DNA of 64,000 bases, from contig CAWFJP010000014.1 of NCBI GenBank assembly GCA_963816145.1, forward strand, positions 96,001 to 160,000, given 5' to 3'. The position numbers and the translations under genes are program-made. The notes beneath the pieces are model-generated. The model saw nothing but the letters and a program-made list of their open reading frames with translations, was not told the DNA's origin and did no database searches. This DNA comes from an uncultured delta proteobacterium. Its GTDB lineage: Bacteria > Desulfobacterota > Binatia > UBA9968. Below, piece by piece: positions 9,387 to 20,413 of this stretch (positions are counted from its first letter, which is position 1; the number at the start of each line of letters is the position of its first letter).

Positions 9387-10337
9387 CTAGCCCCTCGCTC
9401 CCTCGTTCCACAATTCATCCATGTAATCGCGTAGCGCTTCTTTGAGCGGATATTTCGGGGTGTAGCCCAGTTCCGCTTGGCTCACGCTGATATCCATCGG
9501 GATGCTGCGGCTCTTGTCGGCCGCGCTGCTGCCGCTGACTTTGACGTCGAGTTTGGGCGCCACTTCGCGCACCACTTGGGCCAGTTGCTCGGCCCCATGG
9601 ACCGCGCCGGTGCCGGCGTTGTAGATGCGTTGCCTGGGATTTTGCGCTTGGCAGGCGAGCAAGAGCGCCTGGCCGACGTCTTTGCCGTAGACATATTCGT
9701 TGGGGCCGTAGGTCTTGGCGTCGATGGTAATCGGATCGCCCTTGATCATCGCCAACGCCAGATCGCGCATGACCATGCCGACGGTGGAGCCGCCGACATA
9801 GAAGCCGCGGCCGAAAACGCCGCCGGGACGGATGATGATGGTGTCGAGGTTGTACATGCTGGCGTAGGCGTGGAGCAAATGCTCGGAGCAAACTTTGGTC
9901 GTCGCGTACAGATTATGACCGCCGATGGGATGAAGTTCTTTGACGACGTTGTCGGTAATCTTGCCGCGTTCATAGACCCCGAAGGTGCTGACGTAGACTA
10001 CCCGGCGCAGTTTTCGTAGCCGCGCCGCTTCGAGAATATTGATCGTGCCGAGAATATTATTAGTCGCGCCGGTGTAGGAGTTTTCCTGAACCCGGCCGCC
10101 GATCAAGCCGGCGGTGTGCACCATGGTGTCGACGTTGAATTTTTCCAATGCGGTGAGCAGCGCCGGTAAGTCGAGCATGTTGGCGGCCACCACATCGGCT
10201 TTGTCTTTGCCGACGACCTTCTGAACGTAATCGCGATTGGGCGATAAATCGAAAAGCACGACTTTGTGGCCGGCGTCGACCATTTGCCGCGCTGCGTGGG
10301 CGCCGATCAGTCCGGCGCCGGTGATGAGAATGTTCAT
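9387..10337 (-). CDS. NAD-dependent epimerase/dehydratase (extended SDR)
   Basis: ITGAGLIG, HTAG, STFGVY, YATTK, YNAGTG. Confidence 0.9.
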   Translation of the reverse strand: MNILITGAGLIGAHAARQMVDAGHKVVLFDLSPNRDYVQKVVGKDKADVVAANMLDLPALLTALEKFNVDTMVHTAGLIGGRVQENSYTGATNNILGTINILEAARLRKLRRVVYVSTFGVYERGKITDNVVKELHPIGGHNLYATTKVCSEHLLHAYASMYNLDTIIIRPGGVFGRGFYVGGSTVGMVMRDLALAMIKGDPITIDAKTYGPNEYVYGKDVGQALLLACQAQNPRQRIYNAGTGAVHGAEQLAQVVREVAPKLDVKVSGSSAADKSRSIPMDISVSQAELGYTPKYPLKEALRDYMDELWNEGARG

Positions 10338-10426
10338 GTTGCCTCCTCTAGGTTTTTGATGAAGTTTTGCTTTATTGGTTTTTAAGGTTTCCGTGCGCGT
10401 GATTTGGCACTATCACTTTAAGTTCG

Positions 10427-10523
10427 TTCACCACGCAGATCGTAAAACGTTGGGATAACTAGGAAGGGTCGGATTGATGTCCGCCCCTACGAAATCTTTG
10501 TGCTCTTCGTGTCCTTCGTGGTG
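10427..10523. repeat. CACGAAG element with degraded left arm and an internal GTAG-type REP (10466-10490)
   Basis: ttcaccacgcag...gggtcggattgatgtccgcccctac...ctttgtg-ct-cttcgtg-tc-cttcgtg-gtg. Confidence 0.7.
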
Positions 10524-10557
10524 CCAATTCCTTCGCGGTAAAACCCGAGATTTCTCA

Positions 10558-11528
10558 TTATTTGATGCCCAACTCCTGGTTAATTTCCTTCTGTAGACTG
10601 AAGTCGAAAATCTTCGCCGCCGGCACCGGCTCTTTGAGCTTCAGCACTTCGGCGTCGGCGCGGAGAAATTCTTCCACTTCCTTGTCGGTGGGTATGCCAT
10701 TCGTTGTAAACGCCGGACGCGCCAGGCGATAGGATTCGAGCGCCACGGCGAGGTCGACGTTGAGAAATTTGGCCAAGACTTCGGCCGTGCCGCGTTCGTT
10801 TTCGAACAAGTAGCGGTGCGCACGGGAGCGGGCGCGCAGAATGCGTTTCACCAGGTCACGCTTCTCGCGAATGAGCTTGTCAGAAAAGGCCAGGCCGTTT
10901 TGTAGATTCGCCAGGTCTTCCAGAGTACTGCCGTGGATGCGCAGCTTGAACTTATCGCGCGCAACGATGACCGTCGGCGGCGATAGCGCGACTAACTGAA
11001 CCACACCGCTCAAGAGGCTCTGGAGTTGGGCTGGAACATCGCCGCCGATCACCACGGTGATGTCCTTGTCCGGGTCGAGCCCGGCTTTCTGCAGCAGGCG
11101 CAGAGCAGCCAGATGTTGGGAGCCGCCGAAGGTGGTGGTGCCGAAGGTTTTGCCTTTGAGCTCGGCCAGCGATTTGATTTCCGGCTTGGTCACCAGCCAA
11201 AATAGGTTTTTCTTGAGACTCTGTGACAAGACTTTGGCCGGCAGGTCGCTGCGCTCGGCGGCGCGGATCAGCGTGCCGACGTTATTGATCGCATGGGCGT
11301 CGCCGCTGAGCAGCGCGGTGACGCCGATGTTGCCGCGCACCTGGACGACATCGGCGAGCAGCCCCTCTTGGCGAAAAAAGCCGCGCTCCTGGGCGATGTA
11401 AAGATCGACCGAAGCGATGCTGCGGCTGGGGTAGGTGATGACGATGCGTTCGAGGGTCGATTGCGCGTTGGCCGTCGCGCCGCAAGAAGCCAGGCCAACC
11501 AGCCGAGGACAAAGAGAGTAGGTTTCAT
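10558..11528 (-). CDS. NMT1/SsuA-like substrate-binding protein (frameshift in signal peptide near 11480)
   Basis: ATG 11528 MKPTLFVLGWLAWLL; the frame of ORF 10558-11340 reads upstream ANAQSTLERIVITYPSRSIASVDLYIAQERGFFRQEGL; ELKGKTFG, GLDPDKDI, FDFSLQ. Confidence 0.82.
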
Positions 11529-11653
11529 TTGGCTGTCGATATTTAGTGGAAAAGCCGTGGATGTCAACCGAGCTCCGATCATGAGCCGCCAGCGTCTCTT
11601 GAAACCGCGCCGGAAGTTACAGTATACAGATGGAAACAAGGAGGACTGGTCCC

Positions 11654-12073
11654 ATGAAAGTAAAGCAAATCTATCACATCGGCTTACCCTGCAATGATCT
11701 TGAGCGCGGCGTTAAGTTCTACACCGAAGTTTTGGGCATGAAATGCACCAAAATCGGTTATGACACCGAGAGCGGCGGTCTGTACAAAGATAAATACGGC
11801 ATGTTCCCCAACATCGCCCGGCTTTTTATGGAAGACGGCATGTGTTTGGTGCTGTTCCAGCGGCCGGAAGAGGTCGAGCGCGGCGATTTCGATGAGGGTA
11901 CGTCGCACCTGGCATTGGAAGTGAGTTCGGAAGACTTCGACAAGGCCAACGATGAGCTTAAAAAAGCCGGCGTGAAAGTGACCATCGACAAGCCGGTGGT
12001 TCGGCCGACCGGCAAGGCGATTTATTTCTACGACACCGAACAGAACTACATTCAGCTCTGGGCGCGGCCGTAA
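11654..12073 (+). CDS. VOC/glyoxalase family protein
   Basis: YHIGLPCNDLERGVKFYTEVLGM, HLALEV, IYFYDTEQNYIQL; GAGGA RBS before ATG 11654. Confidence 0.9.
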   Translation: MKVKQIYHIGLPCNDLERGVKFYTEVLGMKCTKIGYDTESGGLYKDKYGMFPNIARLFMEDGMCLVLFQRPEEVERGDFDEGTSHLALEVSSEDFDKANDELKKAGVKVTIDKPVVRPTGKAIYFYDTEQNYIQLWARP

Positions 12074-12083
12074 TTGAGATGTA

Positions 12084-12145
12084 GTTTCGATTTACGGGTT
12101 TCACGTTCCGGGTTAACCCGAAATCCAAGACTCGAAACTCGAAAC
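12084..12145. repeat. 7-bp-period inverted repeat (GTTTCGA / TCGAAAC)
   Basis: gtttcga tttacgg gtttcac gttccgg gttaac ccgaaat ccaagac tcgaaac tcgaaac between convergent genes. Confidence 0.7.
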
Positions 12146-12183
12146 GTTTTTTCAATATTCCCCGAGTTTCCTGGACGAGCAGT

Positions 12184-13005
12184 TCAGGGGGCTCGGGGAA
12201 TGTCTTTTTGGCCGTCGGCGAGCCGTTTGGCCGAGGTGAGAAATCCGGTATGCGCGACCATGCGGTGTTGCGGTCGAGCGCTCATGCCCTTGAAATGCCA
12301 GAAGCGCATCAAGCTTTCGCTGGTTTCGATGCAGGCGAAACGTTTATCTTCGCGCAGGGTATCGACCAGGCTCTTCACTTGCAGTACCGTCGGCAAATAG
12401 CAAAGCAAAATGCCGCCGGGCCGCAGCGCCCGCCAGGCGCGCTCGATAACATGCCAGGGCTCGGGCAGGTCCAGTATGACGCGATCGATGTCGCTTTCAT
12501 TCAAATCGGTGGCGACGTTGCCGATCTTGATCGTCCAGTTGGGCGACGGACCGAAGTAGCGCGCGACGTTTTGCTGCGCCATCTCGGAAAAGTCCTCACG
12601 CAACTCGTAGGAAATTAGTTGCCCATCGCGGCCGATGGCGCGCAGGAGCGCCATGCTCAAAGCACCGGCACCGACACCGGCCTCGACGACCCGCGCGCCG
12701 GGAAAGAGGTCGGCCCAGATCAAGATCGGCCCGAGGTCTTTCGGATAGATGACCTGCGCGGTGCGCGGCAGGTTGGGAATCAGCTGCGGCAAACTCGGAC
12801 GAAAGACCAGAAACGGCTCATTTAACGACGAGCGTACGACGATGCCTTCGTCGTGACCGATGATGTCCTCGACGGCGATCTTGCCGCCGCGGATGGCGAT
12901 GGGGCGCCGCTGATCGAGGCGCGAGAGATATTCGCGATCTTTGCGGTCGAGCAAGATGACCGGCTCGTCGGCGGCCAATGGGCCTCTGCGATAGTTGCTG
13001 TCCAT
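12184..13005 (-). CDS. trmI: tRNA (adenine58-N1)-methyltransferase, TrmI/GCD14 family
   Basis: AQVIYPKD, VVEAGVGAGALS, YELREDF, ILDLPEPW, RPQHRMVAHTGFL. Confidence 0.92.
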   Translation of the reverse strand: MDSNYRRGPLAADEPVILLDRKDREYLSRLDQRRPIAIRGGKIAVEDIIGHDEGIVVRSSLNEPFLVFRPSLPQLIPNLPRTAQVIYPKDLGPILIWADLFPGARVVEAGVGAGALSMALLRAIGRDGQLISYELREDFSEMAQQNVARYFGPSPNWTIKIGNVATDLNESDIDRVILDLPEPWHVIERAWRALRPGGILLCYLPTVLQVKSLVDTLREDKRFACIETSESLMRFWHFKGMSARPQHRMVAHTGFLTSAKRLADGQKDIPRAP

Positions 13006-13049
13006 TTAAATTTAGGTGCGGGTTAGCGGATATCGTCGATCCAGGTCCT

Positions 13050-13131
13050 TTCACCACGAAGGCACGAAGGACACGAAGGGGTCAGATAAAATAATTCCGA
13101 ACTTCGTGATCTTCGTGTCCTTCGTGGTGAA
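13050..13131. repeat. CACGAAG palindromic element
   Basis: ttcac-cacgaag-g-cacgaag-ga-cacgaag-gggtcaga-taaaataat-tccgaa-cttcgtg-at-cttcgtg-tc-cttcgtg-gtgaa. Confidence 0.92.
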
Positions 13132-13178
13132 AACATGATTTTTATTCGGCCTTCCGCAGCAAACGCGGACGCGCCGAG

Positions 13179-14292
13179 TTATTTGATTGTGTAGTGACCC
13201 AGTCCCTGGCGGTGCAGTTCGTCGACGATCTCGCGCACTTCCTGGGAGCGATTGAGATCGCCGACTAGAATGGCGTCGGGGGTGTCGACGACGACGGCAT
13301 TGTCGATGCCCAAGAGCACGACTAGACGATCGGGAGAATGAATCAGGCAATTTTTTGCGCCCAATTGCACCCAGCGGCCGTTGCCGGCGTTGCCGTGAGC
13401 GTCTTTGCCCATCATGCGATGGACCGCCGACCAGCTGCCGACATCGCTCCAGCCGAAGTCGGCCTCGACGGTGACGACTTTGCCCTCGGCGCCGGCCTTT
13501 TCCAACACCGCGAAGTCGATGGAGATGCTCGGCATCTTGCCATACTCACGGCTGATGGTGCGCCGCAACGCCGGGCTTGGGTTTGCTAGGGTTTTTCCCG
13601 CGGCGGCTGTGCCAATGCGGCCGAGCGCCGCACCGATCTCGGGCTGGTAGCGATTCAATAGTTCCAAAAGCAGCGATGCCTTCCAGACAAAGATGCCGCT
13701 GTTCCACAGCGAGCCTTGGCGAATCAGTTTTTTGGCGGTCGCTTCGTTGGGCTTCTCGGTAAACTTTTTTACCTGGAAGGCGGTGCCGCCGGAAGCGGCA
13801 AATTGGCCGCTCTTCATGATGTAGCCATAGCCGGTTTCCGGATAATCGGGACGAATGCCGATGGTGACCAGTCGATCGTGTTTTTTCGCCAGCGCGACAG
13901 CCGACTTCAGCGTGCGGCGGAAACCCTTCCCATCGGTGACCCAATGGTCGGCAGGAAGCACGACCATCACGCCGTTGGGATCACGGCGCAGGACTTCCAA
14001 CGCCGCCAAGCCGATACAGGGCGCGGTATTTTTCCCTTGAGGTTCGGCGATAAAATTGTTTTTCGGCAGGGCTGACAGGTCTTTTTTGAGCGCGCTGACT
14101 TGCTCGGCTACGGTGACGACCAAGGTTCTGCTCGCGTCCGCCGAGGCCGAAGACCCGCTCGGCGGTTTCATCGATCAGGCTTTTGCCGCTCAAGATTTTT
14201 AACAACTGTTTGGGTCGCTGGGCGCGGCTCAAGGGCCAGAAGCGCGTGCCTTTGCCGCCGGCGATGATGACGTTGAAGCAGTGTTTATCCAT
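13179..14292 (-). CDS. manC: Mannose-1-phosphate guanylyltransferase (frameshift near 14130)
   Basis: N-terminal IIAGGKGTRFWPLSR..RPKQLL in ORF 13981-14292 joins EPQGKNTAPC, PADH, PETGYGYI, FTEKP, WNSGIF, GWSDVGSW in ORF 13179-14171. Confidence 0.88.
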
Positions 14293-14339
14293 GTTTTGCG
14301 CGAGTTGCTGAACGCGGTCGTTAGTGTACGGTAGGCGAC

Positions 14340-15324
14340 ATGGGCGATCAAGCAGAGGGCGGTGAAAACAAGTTTTGGCTGGCGCCGGACGGTGCGCCGC
14401 CAGTTCGGTTAGACGGCTTCTTGCGCCAGTGTTTGCCCCATTTGTCGCGCCAAGAAATTCATCGCGCCATTGCCGAAGACTTATTTCTACTTAACGGCCG
14501 CATCGCGCGTAAGGGCGATCGCGTTAGTGGCGGCGACCGGCTCTCCTTCATCGGACCGCTGGACTTGCTGGCCGACGCCCCGCCGCCAGCCGCGCAACTT
14601 AAGATCCCGATCATCTATGAGGACGAATCGATTCTCGCCGTCGACAAACCGGCGGGCGTGGCGACCCATGGTTTTTCCGGCCGGGACGGCGCCACGCTGG
14701 CGAACTTTCTTGCGGCTCATCGGCCTGAAGTTTTGCACATTGGCAAGAGCCGCTGGGAGCCCGGACTGGTGCACAGGCTCGATATCGAGACCTCTGGAGT
14801 CGTCGTGATTGCGAAGACGCAGGTCGCCTTCGACTCCCTGCGCGAGCAGTTTCGCCGCCGGGAGGTCAAGAAAATCTATATGGCGCTGATTTGGGGACAG
14901 CCGCTCGATCGCGGCACCATCGAGCTGGCGCTGGCCCATGATCGCGGCGATAGGACGGCGCATGGTCGCGGTGCGGCAACCCGAGCGGAGCCCCGACCGC
15001 CGGATTTGGCGGGCGATTACGCATTATCGCGTTGTTGCTAGTGCCCGCGGCCTAAGCTTGCTGGAGGTCGAGATGGAGACCGGTGTGACGCACCAGATTC
15101 GCGTGCATCTATCCGCCAACGGCTATCCGATCGTCGGCGATGCGCTTTATGGTGCGGATTACTCCGAGACTTTCGGCCTGGCGCGCCATTTCCTGCACGC
15201 GCGCAGCCTCACTCTGCGCCACCCGGCGAGTGGTAATATTCTGACTGTCGATGCCGCGCTGGCGGTGGAGCTGCGAGAGGTTTTGCAGCGAATCGGGCTG
15301 TCGTTTAGGCGGCGCTGGTTTTGA
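14340..15324 (+). CDS. RluA/RluD-family pseudouridine synthase (frameshift near 14955)
   Basis: S4-like RLDGFL, VDKPAGV, VHRLDIETSG catalytic motif; second frame AITHYRV, ETGVTHQIRVH, PIVGDALYG, FLHA. Confidence 0.88.
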
Positions 15325-15664
15325 TGCCTTTGGCCTTGGCGCAGGCGCCGCAGAAGTTGTTAAGCGTGACGGTTTCTTCCATCCAGCCGTCATCGAGGTT
15401 GTGGCAGATCTTCTTGCATTCGAAGCAGATGAAGTACAAACCGTCGATGCTTTTGTTGATTTTTTCGCGGTTAAGCACGCGGCCGCGCAGCTTGTCGATG
15501 CGAATGCCGAGCAGCTCTTCGTAGTTCTTCTTTATCTTGCGCCGTCCAGCTTCGTCACTTGGAAGATCTTCATCGTCGGATTCGTCTTGGGTGCCGTCGT
15601 CGATGTAGTCATGTGAGCGATCTTTGGCTGGCCGACCCGCGGTTTTCTTCTTGGCTCTTGCCAT
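15305..15664 (-). CDS. Hypothetical protein with basic/acidic N-terminus and CxxC..CxxC (putative Zn-binding)
   Basis: MARAKKK start, DESDDED tract, CFEC and CGAC pairs; no family recognised. Confidence 0.6.
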   Translation of the reverse strand: MARAKKKTAGRPAKDRSHDYIDDGTQDESDDEDLPSDEAGRRKIKKNYEELLGIRIDKLRGRVLNREKINKSIDGLYFICFECKKICHNLDDGWMEETVTLNNFCGACAKAKGIKTSAA

Positions 15665-15962
15665 TTTGATTCTTACTCCGTGCGATTTTGCTCCCGGCAT
15701 CTGATGGTAAATGGATCTATTTTCATAATGAACGCAGCTAGGGTTGTCAATAGTGAAGTAGGAAAGCGCCGCAATAAAGATTGCTCCTCGGTAACATCAT
15801 CGCGGGTGGCTGGCGTATCATTCTTCCGAATCCTGGCGGCGCCTTGCCAGACATCACCCTTTAGGCGTAAAAGGCGCTAGTTTGGCAATCGGCGTCTATG
15901 AGTTTCTTGGTCCGAATGAGTGTCGTCGTTCCTTACAAACTGAAAGATAGGAGGATGCGTCG

Positions 15963-16796
15963 ATGGAATCATCTTCGCACGGCGCCTTGAATCAGCAGGG
16001 ACTAAGCCCCATTCGCGCGGTCTTCGATCTCGATGCCTATTGTACTCGGGTCAACTACACGGGGTCCCGCGAATTGTCAGCGGTCACGTTAAAAGGACTT
16101 GCATTTCGCGCATGTGCATAACGTGCCGTTCGAAAATCTCGACATTCATTTGGGTAAGGCGCTGTCATTAAATCCCGCCGAGCTATTCGCAAAGATCGTC
16201 ACCAGGAAGCGCGGCGGCTACTGCTACGAGGTCAACAGTTTCTTTGCGATGATCTTGCAGGCTTTTGGTTTTCAGGTGCAATGCCTATTGGCCCGCGTTC
16301 TCTATGGTTTCTCCAACTTACGCCCGCGCAGCCATCAACTTCTTTTGGTCACCGTAGACAAATGAGTCATGGATCGCCGACGTCGGTTTCGGCAGTTGCT
16401 GCCTGCGCGAGCCGATGCGTCTGACGCCAGGTGTGGTGAGCGAGCAAGGCCCCGACAGTTTCCGACTCAGATCCGAGACCGCCCACACCTACATTTTAGA
16501 GGCGATGCTGGCGGGCCGCTGGCAAGACCTTTACGAGTTTACTTTGGAACCGTTCGACCTCGTCGACTTACGAGCCATTCAACTATTGGAACTCAACCTC
16601 GCCCGAAGTGCGCTGGACAAAGCAGAAGGTTTGCAGCTTGCCGACGCCAGAGGGACGCATCGTAGCGGTCGATTGGGAGTTCAAGATACACAGCGCCGAT
16701 TTAACGCAAACGGTTCGGGCAATGTCGGACGAAGAGTATCGGCGAATGTTGAGTCAGTATTTTCGGTTGGAGATATCGGGAGAATTTGTCAAATGA
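15963..16796 (+). pseudogene. Arylamine N-acetyltransferase, three frameshifts (about 16100, 16362, 16568)
   Basis: FDLDAY..RVNY, VPFENLDI, RGGYCYE (Cys), RSHQLL (His), WIADVGFG (Asp) spread over successive frames; GGAGG RBS. Confidence 0.85.
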
Positions 16797-16848
16797 GGAA
16801 TAGACTGAAGCAGCCGAAATATAATCGGCCGCCACGTTAGGAGGTATT

Positions 16849-17811
16849 ATGGAAGCAGCTGTAGCCCGAGCCGAAACTGTCGATTTATCTTTAGACAAAT
16901 GGGAGGGGACTATGCAATGCTTCATAGTAGCACTAGTTGCAGTCATGTTCAGTCTTACCGGGTGTGTGCTTACCCAAATTGAAGCACCCCAGATCAAGCA
17001 GATCAGCATCAATGGCGTCAATCTTACCTACCAAGAACAGGGGCGGGGCCGGCCGGTCGTCTTTGTTCACGGTGCGATCACCGATTACCGCACATGGGAG
17101 GGCCAGCGCGAGGCGGTTGCTGCCCACAACCGCTTTATCGCGCTGACGATGCGCTACTTCGGCACTGAACCGTGGTCCGATCAAGGTGCGAAGTATTCAA
17201 TGCAGACACATACCGATGATCTTGTCGCTTTCATTCAAAACTTAAACGCCGGTCCAGTAGACCTCGTTGGCTGGTCCTATAGCGGCCCGATTGCCTTAGT
17301 GGTCGCTGTGCAACACCCTGAACTTGTGCGCAGTCTTTTCCTTGACGAGCCGGCTACACTTGGCTTTGTTACTGATCCGGCGGACCTCAAAGTCGCGACG
17401 CAGGATCGCGGCGCCATGGCCGGCCCCGGCGCCGCAGCGGTCAAAGCCGGTGACATCGCGGGAGCGGTCAAAAGTCTTTTCAATGGGGTAAACGGCCAAC
17501 CCGATCTCTTCGACACCGTACCGCCAGAGGTGCGCACGATGCTGCTTGATAATGCCCGAACGTTGCCAATTGCCTTCGCCGCGCCACCCCCGCCTGCCAT
17601 CACCTGCGAACAACTCGGACAAATCAAGGTGCCAACAACCGTTGCTGTCGGCGAACTGACTCGACCGTTCTATAAGATTGCCGCCGGCGCGCTGGCCCGC
17701 TGCATCCCTGGAGCGAAACTTGTGGTGATACCGAGAGGCCGTCACGCCGCGGCCGTACAAGCTACATCTGCGTTCAACGACGCGTTGCTCCGATTTTTGA
17801 GTGGAAATTAG
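16849..17811 (+). CDS. Alpha/beta hydrolase (start may be ATG 16912, giving a lipoprotein-like LTGC signal)
   Basis: VVFVHG oxyanion motif, GWSYSG nucleophile elbow, C-terminal GRH. Confidence 0.88.
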   Translation: MEAAVARAETVDLSLDKWEGTMQCFIVALVAVMFSLTGCVLTQIEAPQIKQISINGVNLTYQEQGRGRPVVFVHGAITDYRTWEGQREAVAAHNRFIALTMRYFGTEPWSDQGAKYSMQTHTDDLVAFIQNLNAGPVDLVGWSYSGPIALVVAVQHPELVRSLFLDEPATLGFVTDPADLKVATQDRGAMAGPGAAAVKAGDIAGAVKSLFNGVNGQPDLFDTVPPEVRTMLLDNARTLPIAFAAPPPPAITCEQLGQIKVPTTVAVGELTRPFYKIAAGALARCIPGAKLVVIPRGRHAAAVQATSAFNDALLRFLSGN

Positions 17812-17871
17812 TGTGTCCGGGTTCTGCGGATAAGCTGCTAATATTTAGGCGCTAGTCAGTTAGAAGGTAGC

Positions 17872-19023
17872 ATGCGTCAAAGTGGATCTGATATATCCCT
17901 GTGGAACAACGCATTGGTGAGAATGCAAAAGCGGATTAACGACACCGCTAACATGGAGTTAAGCGGCTTCCCCCAAGTCGCTGACCCGCAAACGGGAAAA
18001 TGGTCAACCGTAACCGATGGAGATTGGACGGGTGGCTTTTGGGTTGGTCTTTTGTGGCTCGCCCATTATCGAAGCGGCGACGCGGTCCTTCTATCGCAAG
18101 CAGAGCGTTGGGCGGAGAGACTCCGCTCGCGCGCCCAATCACAATCAGTATTTCGTTGTTTTCTTTTTTATTATGGCGCAGCGATTGGGGCTATTTTATT
18201 GGACAATTCTATCGGTCGAGAACTAGGACTGTTAGGCGCCCAGGAACTCGCGACACTCTATAATCCGCGCGCTCGACTGATACCCATTGGCACGCAAGCG
18301 CCCAAACCCCAAGCGGCCCATCTGCGCGAGACCAATGTTGACGGTCTGGCCTCGACGGCTTTACTGGCTTGGGCAGCTGATAGGTCAGACGACGAAACGT
18401 TGCGGCAGATTGCTAGAGCACACGCGATCCGACATATCGGGCTATGTCTTCGTGGTGATGGTTCAGTACAGCAGTCGGCACGCTTTGATTCCGGCACGGG
18501 ACATCTGACCGGACTTTTTACTCACAAGGGCTATTCTGACGAAAGTACATGGGCACGAGCCCAAGCATGGGCAATGCTTGGCTATGCGCTTGCGGCCAAT
18601 TACATACCCAACGAACCGATACTTCTTGAGGCTGCAATGCGAGCTTCTGACTGGTGGATCAACCATGTACCGACAGATGGCGTGGCCTATTGGGATTTCA
18701 GCGATCCGGGAATTCCGGGCGTGCCGCGCGACACGTCTGCGACCGCCATCGCGTTGGCTTCCCTTCTAAAGCTCAGTGCATTGACTACACCCGAAGATCG
18801 AGCGCGTTATCGGACTGCCGCTGAAAACACGGCTGCGACTCTTGTTAGACATTTCTTGACGCCAGTGTCTGAACGAGACAAGCGTTTACCGGGGATGTTA
18901 GCCGAAGGTTGTTTTAACGGACGCACGGGACAGTCGACAAAGCACGAGCTTATTTGGGGTGACTATTTTCTGTTTGAGGCACTTTTGGTTCTCGCGGGGT
19001 TGTTAAATCCTTCGACCATCTAG
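17872..19023 (+). CDS. Unsaturated glucuronyl hydrolase-like protein (GH88)
   Basis: DWTGGFWVG, STWARAQAW, YWDF, RDTSATAI, LIWGDYFLFEAL. Confidence 0.87.
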   Translation: MRQSGSDISLWNNALVRMQKRINDTANMELSGFPQVADPQTGKWSTVTDGDWTGGFWVGLLWLAHYRSGDAVLLSQAERWAERLRSRAQSQSVFRCFLFYYGAAIGAILLDNSIGRELGLLGAQELATLYNPRARLIPIGTQAPKPQAAHLRETNVDGLASTALLAWAADRSDDETLRQIARAHAIRHIGLCLRGDGSVQQSARFDSGTGHLTGLFTHKGYSDESTWARAQAWAMLGYALAANYIPNEPILLEAAMRASDWWINHVPTDGVAYWDFSDPGIPGVPRDTSATAIALASLLKLSALTTPEDRARYRTAAENTAATLVRHFLTPVSERDKRLPGMLAEGCFNGRTGQSTKHELIWGDYFLFEALLVLAGLLNPSTI

Positions 19024-19237
19024 CGGTTTGAGTGACAAAATGACAAAACCCCCGCTGGTCTGATCCGGGTTGGACCCGCTTAAGCTTTAGGAAACGCGCT
19101 GTTTTCGTTCCCAAAGCGGGCGTTATCAAATCTTGGAGCATTACTAACGGATTTTATGGGCGCATATATGGAAATACGCCGCCTAGTCCTCCCCCGGCCG
19201 AGGATCCATGGCGATTTTTCGCCGGCCGTCTAGACGG

Positions 19238-19990
19238 ATGAAAGCGAACCTACGCCTGCGGGCAGGTGCCGCCCTGCTCGCGCTCCTGCTCGGCGGCTGC
19301 GCGCAACTGCCCCAGTACACCCGGCTTCCGGTCGTTGAGCATCCGTCGGTAAATTTCAACGAGCGCCGGCCGAGTTTCGTGATCCTGCACCACACCGGCA
19401 ATCGGGACACGAAGCGCGCCCTGGACACTTTATCCGAGAAGGTTTTCGAGGTCAGCGCGCATTATCTCGTTGCGCGCGACGGAAGGATCTACTACCTCGT
19501 CGACGAAATGAAGCGCGCCTGGCACGCGGGTGACTCCTGGTGGGGCGGGCCCATTGATATGAATTCAGCCTCGATCGGCATCGAGCTCGTCAACGACGGC
19601 AGCGAACCCTATGACGAATCGCAAATTGCCGTGCTGCTCGAATTGCTGGCTGACATTAAGCGGCGCTACGGGATTCCGGCAGCGAATTTCATCGGCCACG
19701 GCGACATCGCGCCTGGGCGCAAGGTCGACCCCGGCGCCGCATTTCCATGGCGGCGACTGGCTGAGCACGGCTTTGGCTTGTGGTGCGAGCCGCCCTTCGA
19801 GCCGGTGCCGCCAGCCCTCGACGCTGCAACGCTGCTCGGCACCTTGGGCTACGAGGTGTCCAGCATCGAGGCTGCGATCAGTGCGTTCAACCGGCATTTC
19901 GCCGGCGTCGAATCTCCGCGCATGACCGATGAAGGCCGCGCGCGCCTGTATTGCTTAGTACGGAAGAAATGGGCGGGAAAGCGCAGCTGA
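19238..19990 (+). CDS. N-acetylmuramoyl-L-alanine amidase (Amidase_2, AmiD/AmpD-like lipoprotein)
   Basis: Lipobox LLGGC; ILHHT, VSAHY, RAWHAG, NSASIGIEL, GHGDIAPGRKVDPG. Confidence 0.9.
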   Translation: MKANLRLRAGAALLALLLGGCAQLPQYTRLPVVEHPSVNFNERRPSFVILHHTGNRDTKRALDTLSEKVFEVSAHYLVARDGRIYYLVDEMKRAWHAGDSWWGGPIDMNSASIGIELVNDGSEPYDESQIAVLLELLADIKRRYGIPAANFIGHGDIAPGRKVDPGAAFPWRRLAEHGFGLWCEPPFEPVPPALDAATLLGTLGYEVSSIEAAISAFNRHFAGVESPRMTDEGRARLYCLVRKKWAGKRS

Positions 19991-20413
19991 TCTGTGGAGC
20001 GGCGGCCGCGTCTTTCGGCGCTGCTGATTCCGAGCACTGTGCAGATCGTCAACGGCCGAACAGCCCGCTCGCCCAGTTAACTTTGCGCGGACCGGCGGAG
20101 TATGTTTGCGAGATGCAGGCTCATCGCCGTGTTAACTCAGATGTCGGAAAAAATCAGTCGAACGAGACCCGCGCAAAAGTCGCAAAAGACTCTCATTGGA
20201 TTTTGTCCTTCTGTTCTTGGGATCAAATCGCTATATAAGCGAAAGACGCACTCCATGCTTAAAGCGGGTCCGGCAGAGGATGCCACGTATATAGCGAATG
20301 TGATCATGGTAAATTTCCGCCGCGACGGGGCGCTCGATACAATTTGAACATGTGGGAGTCCACCGAGACGATCCAGGTCTGAACAGGCAAAAATTGTTAA
20401 CAAGGAGACCGAT

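Noticed and set aside
16090-16580. Programmed frameshifting in the NAT gene
   Set aside because: Three independent single-base shifts without slippery sequences; error or decay is more parsimonious.
20080-20196. Minus-strand MRVFCDFC... ORF with a TGA, considered as a selenoprotein
   Set aside because: Read-through gives only a short featureless peptide, with no redox motif at the TGA and no recognisable SECIS.
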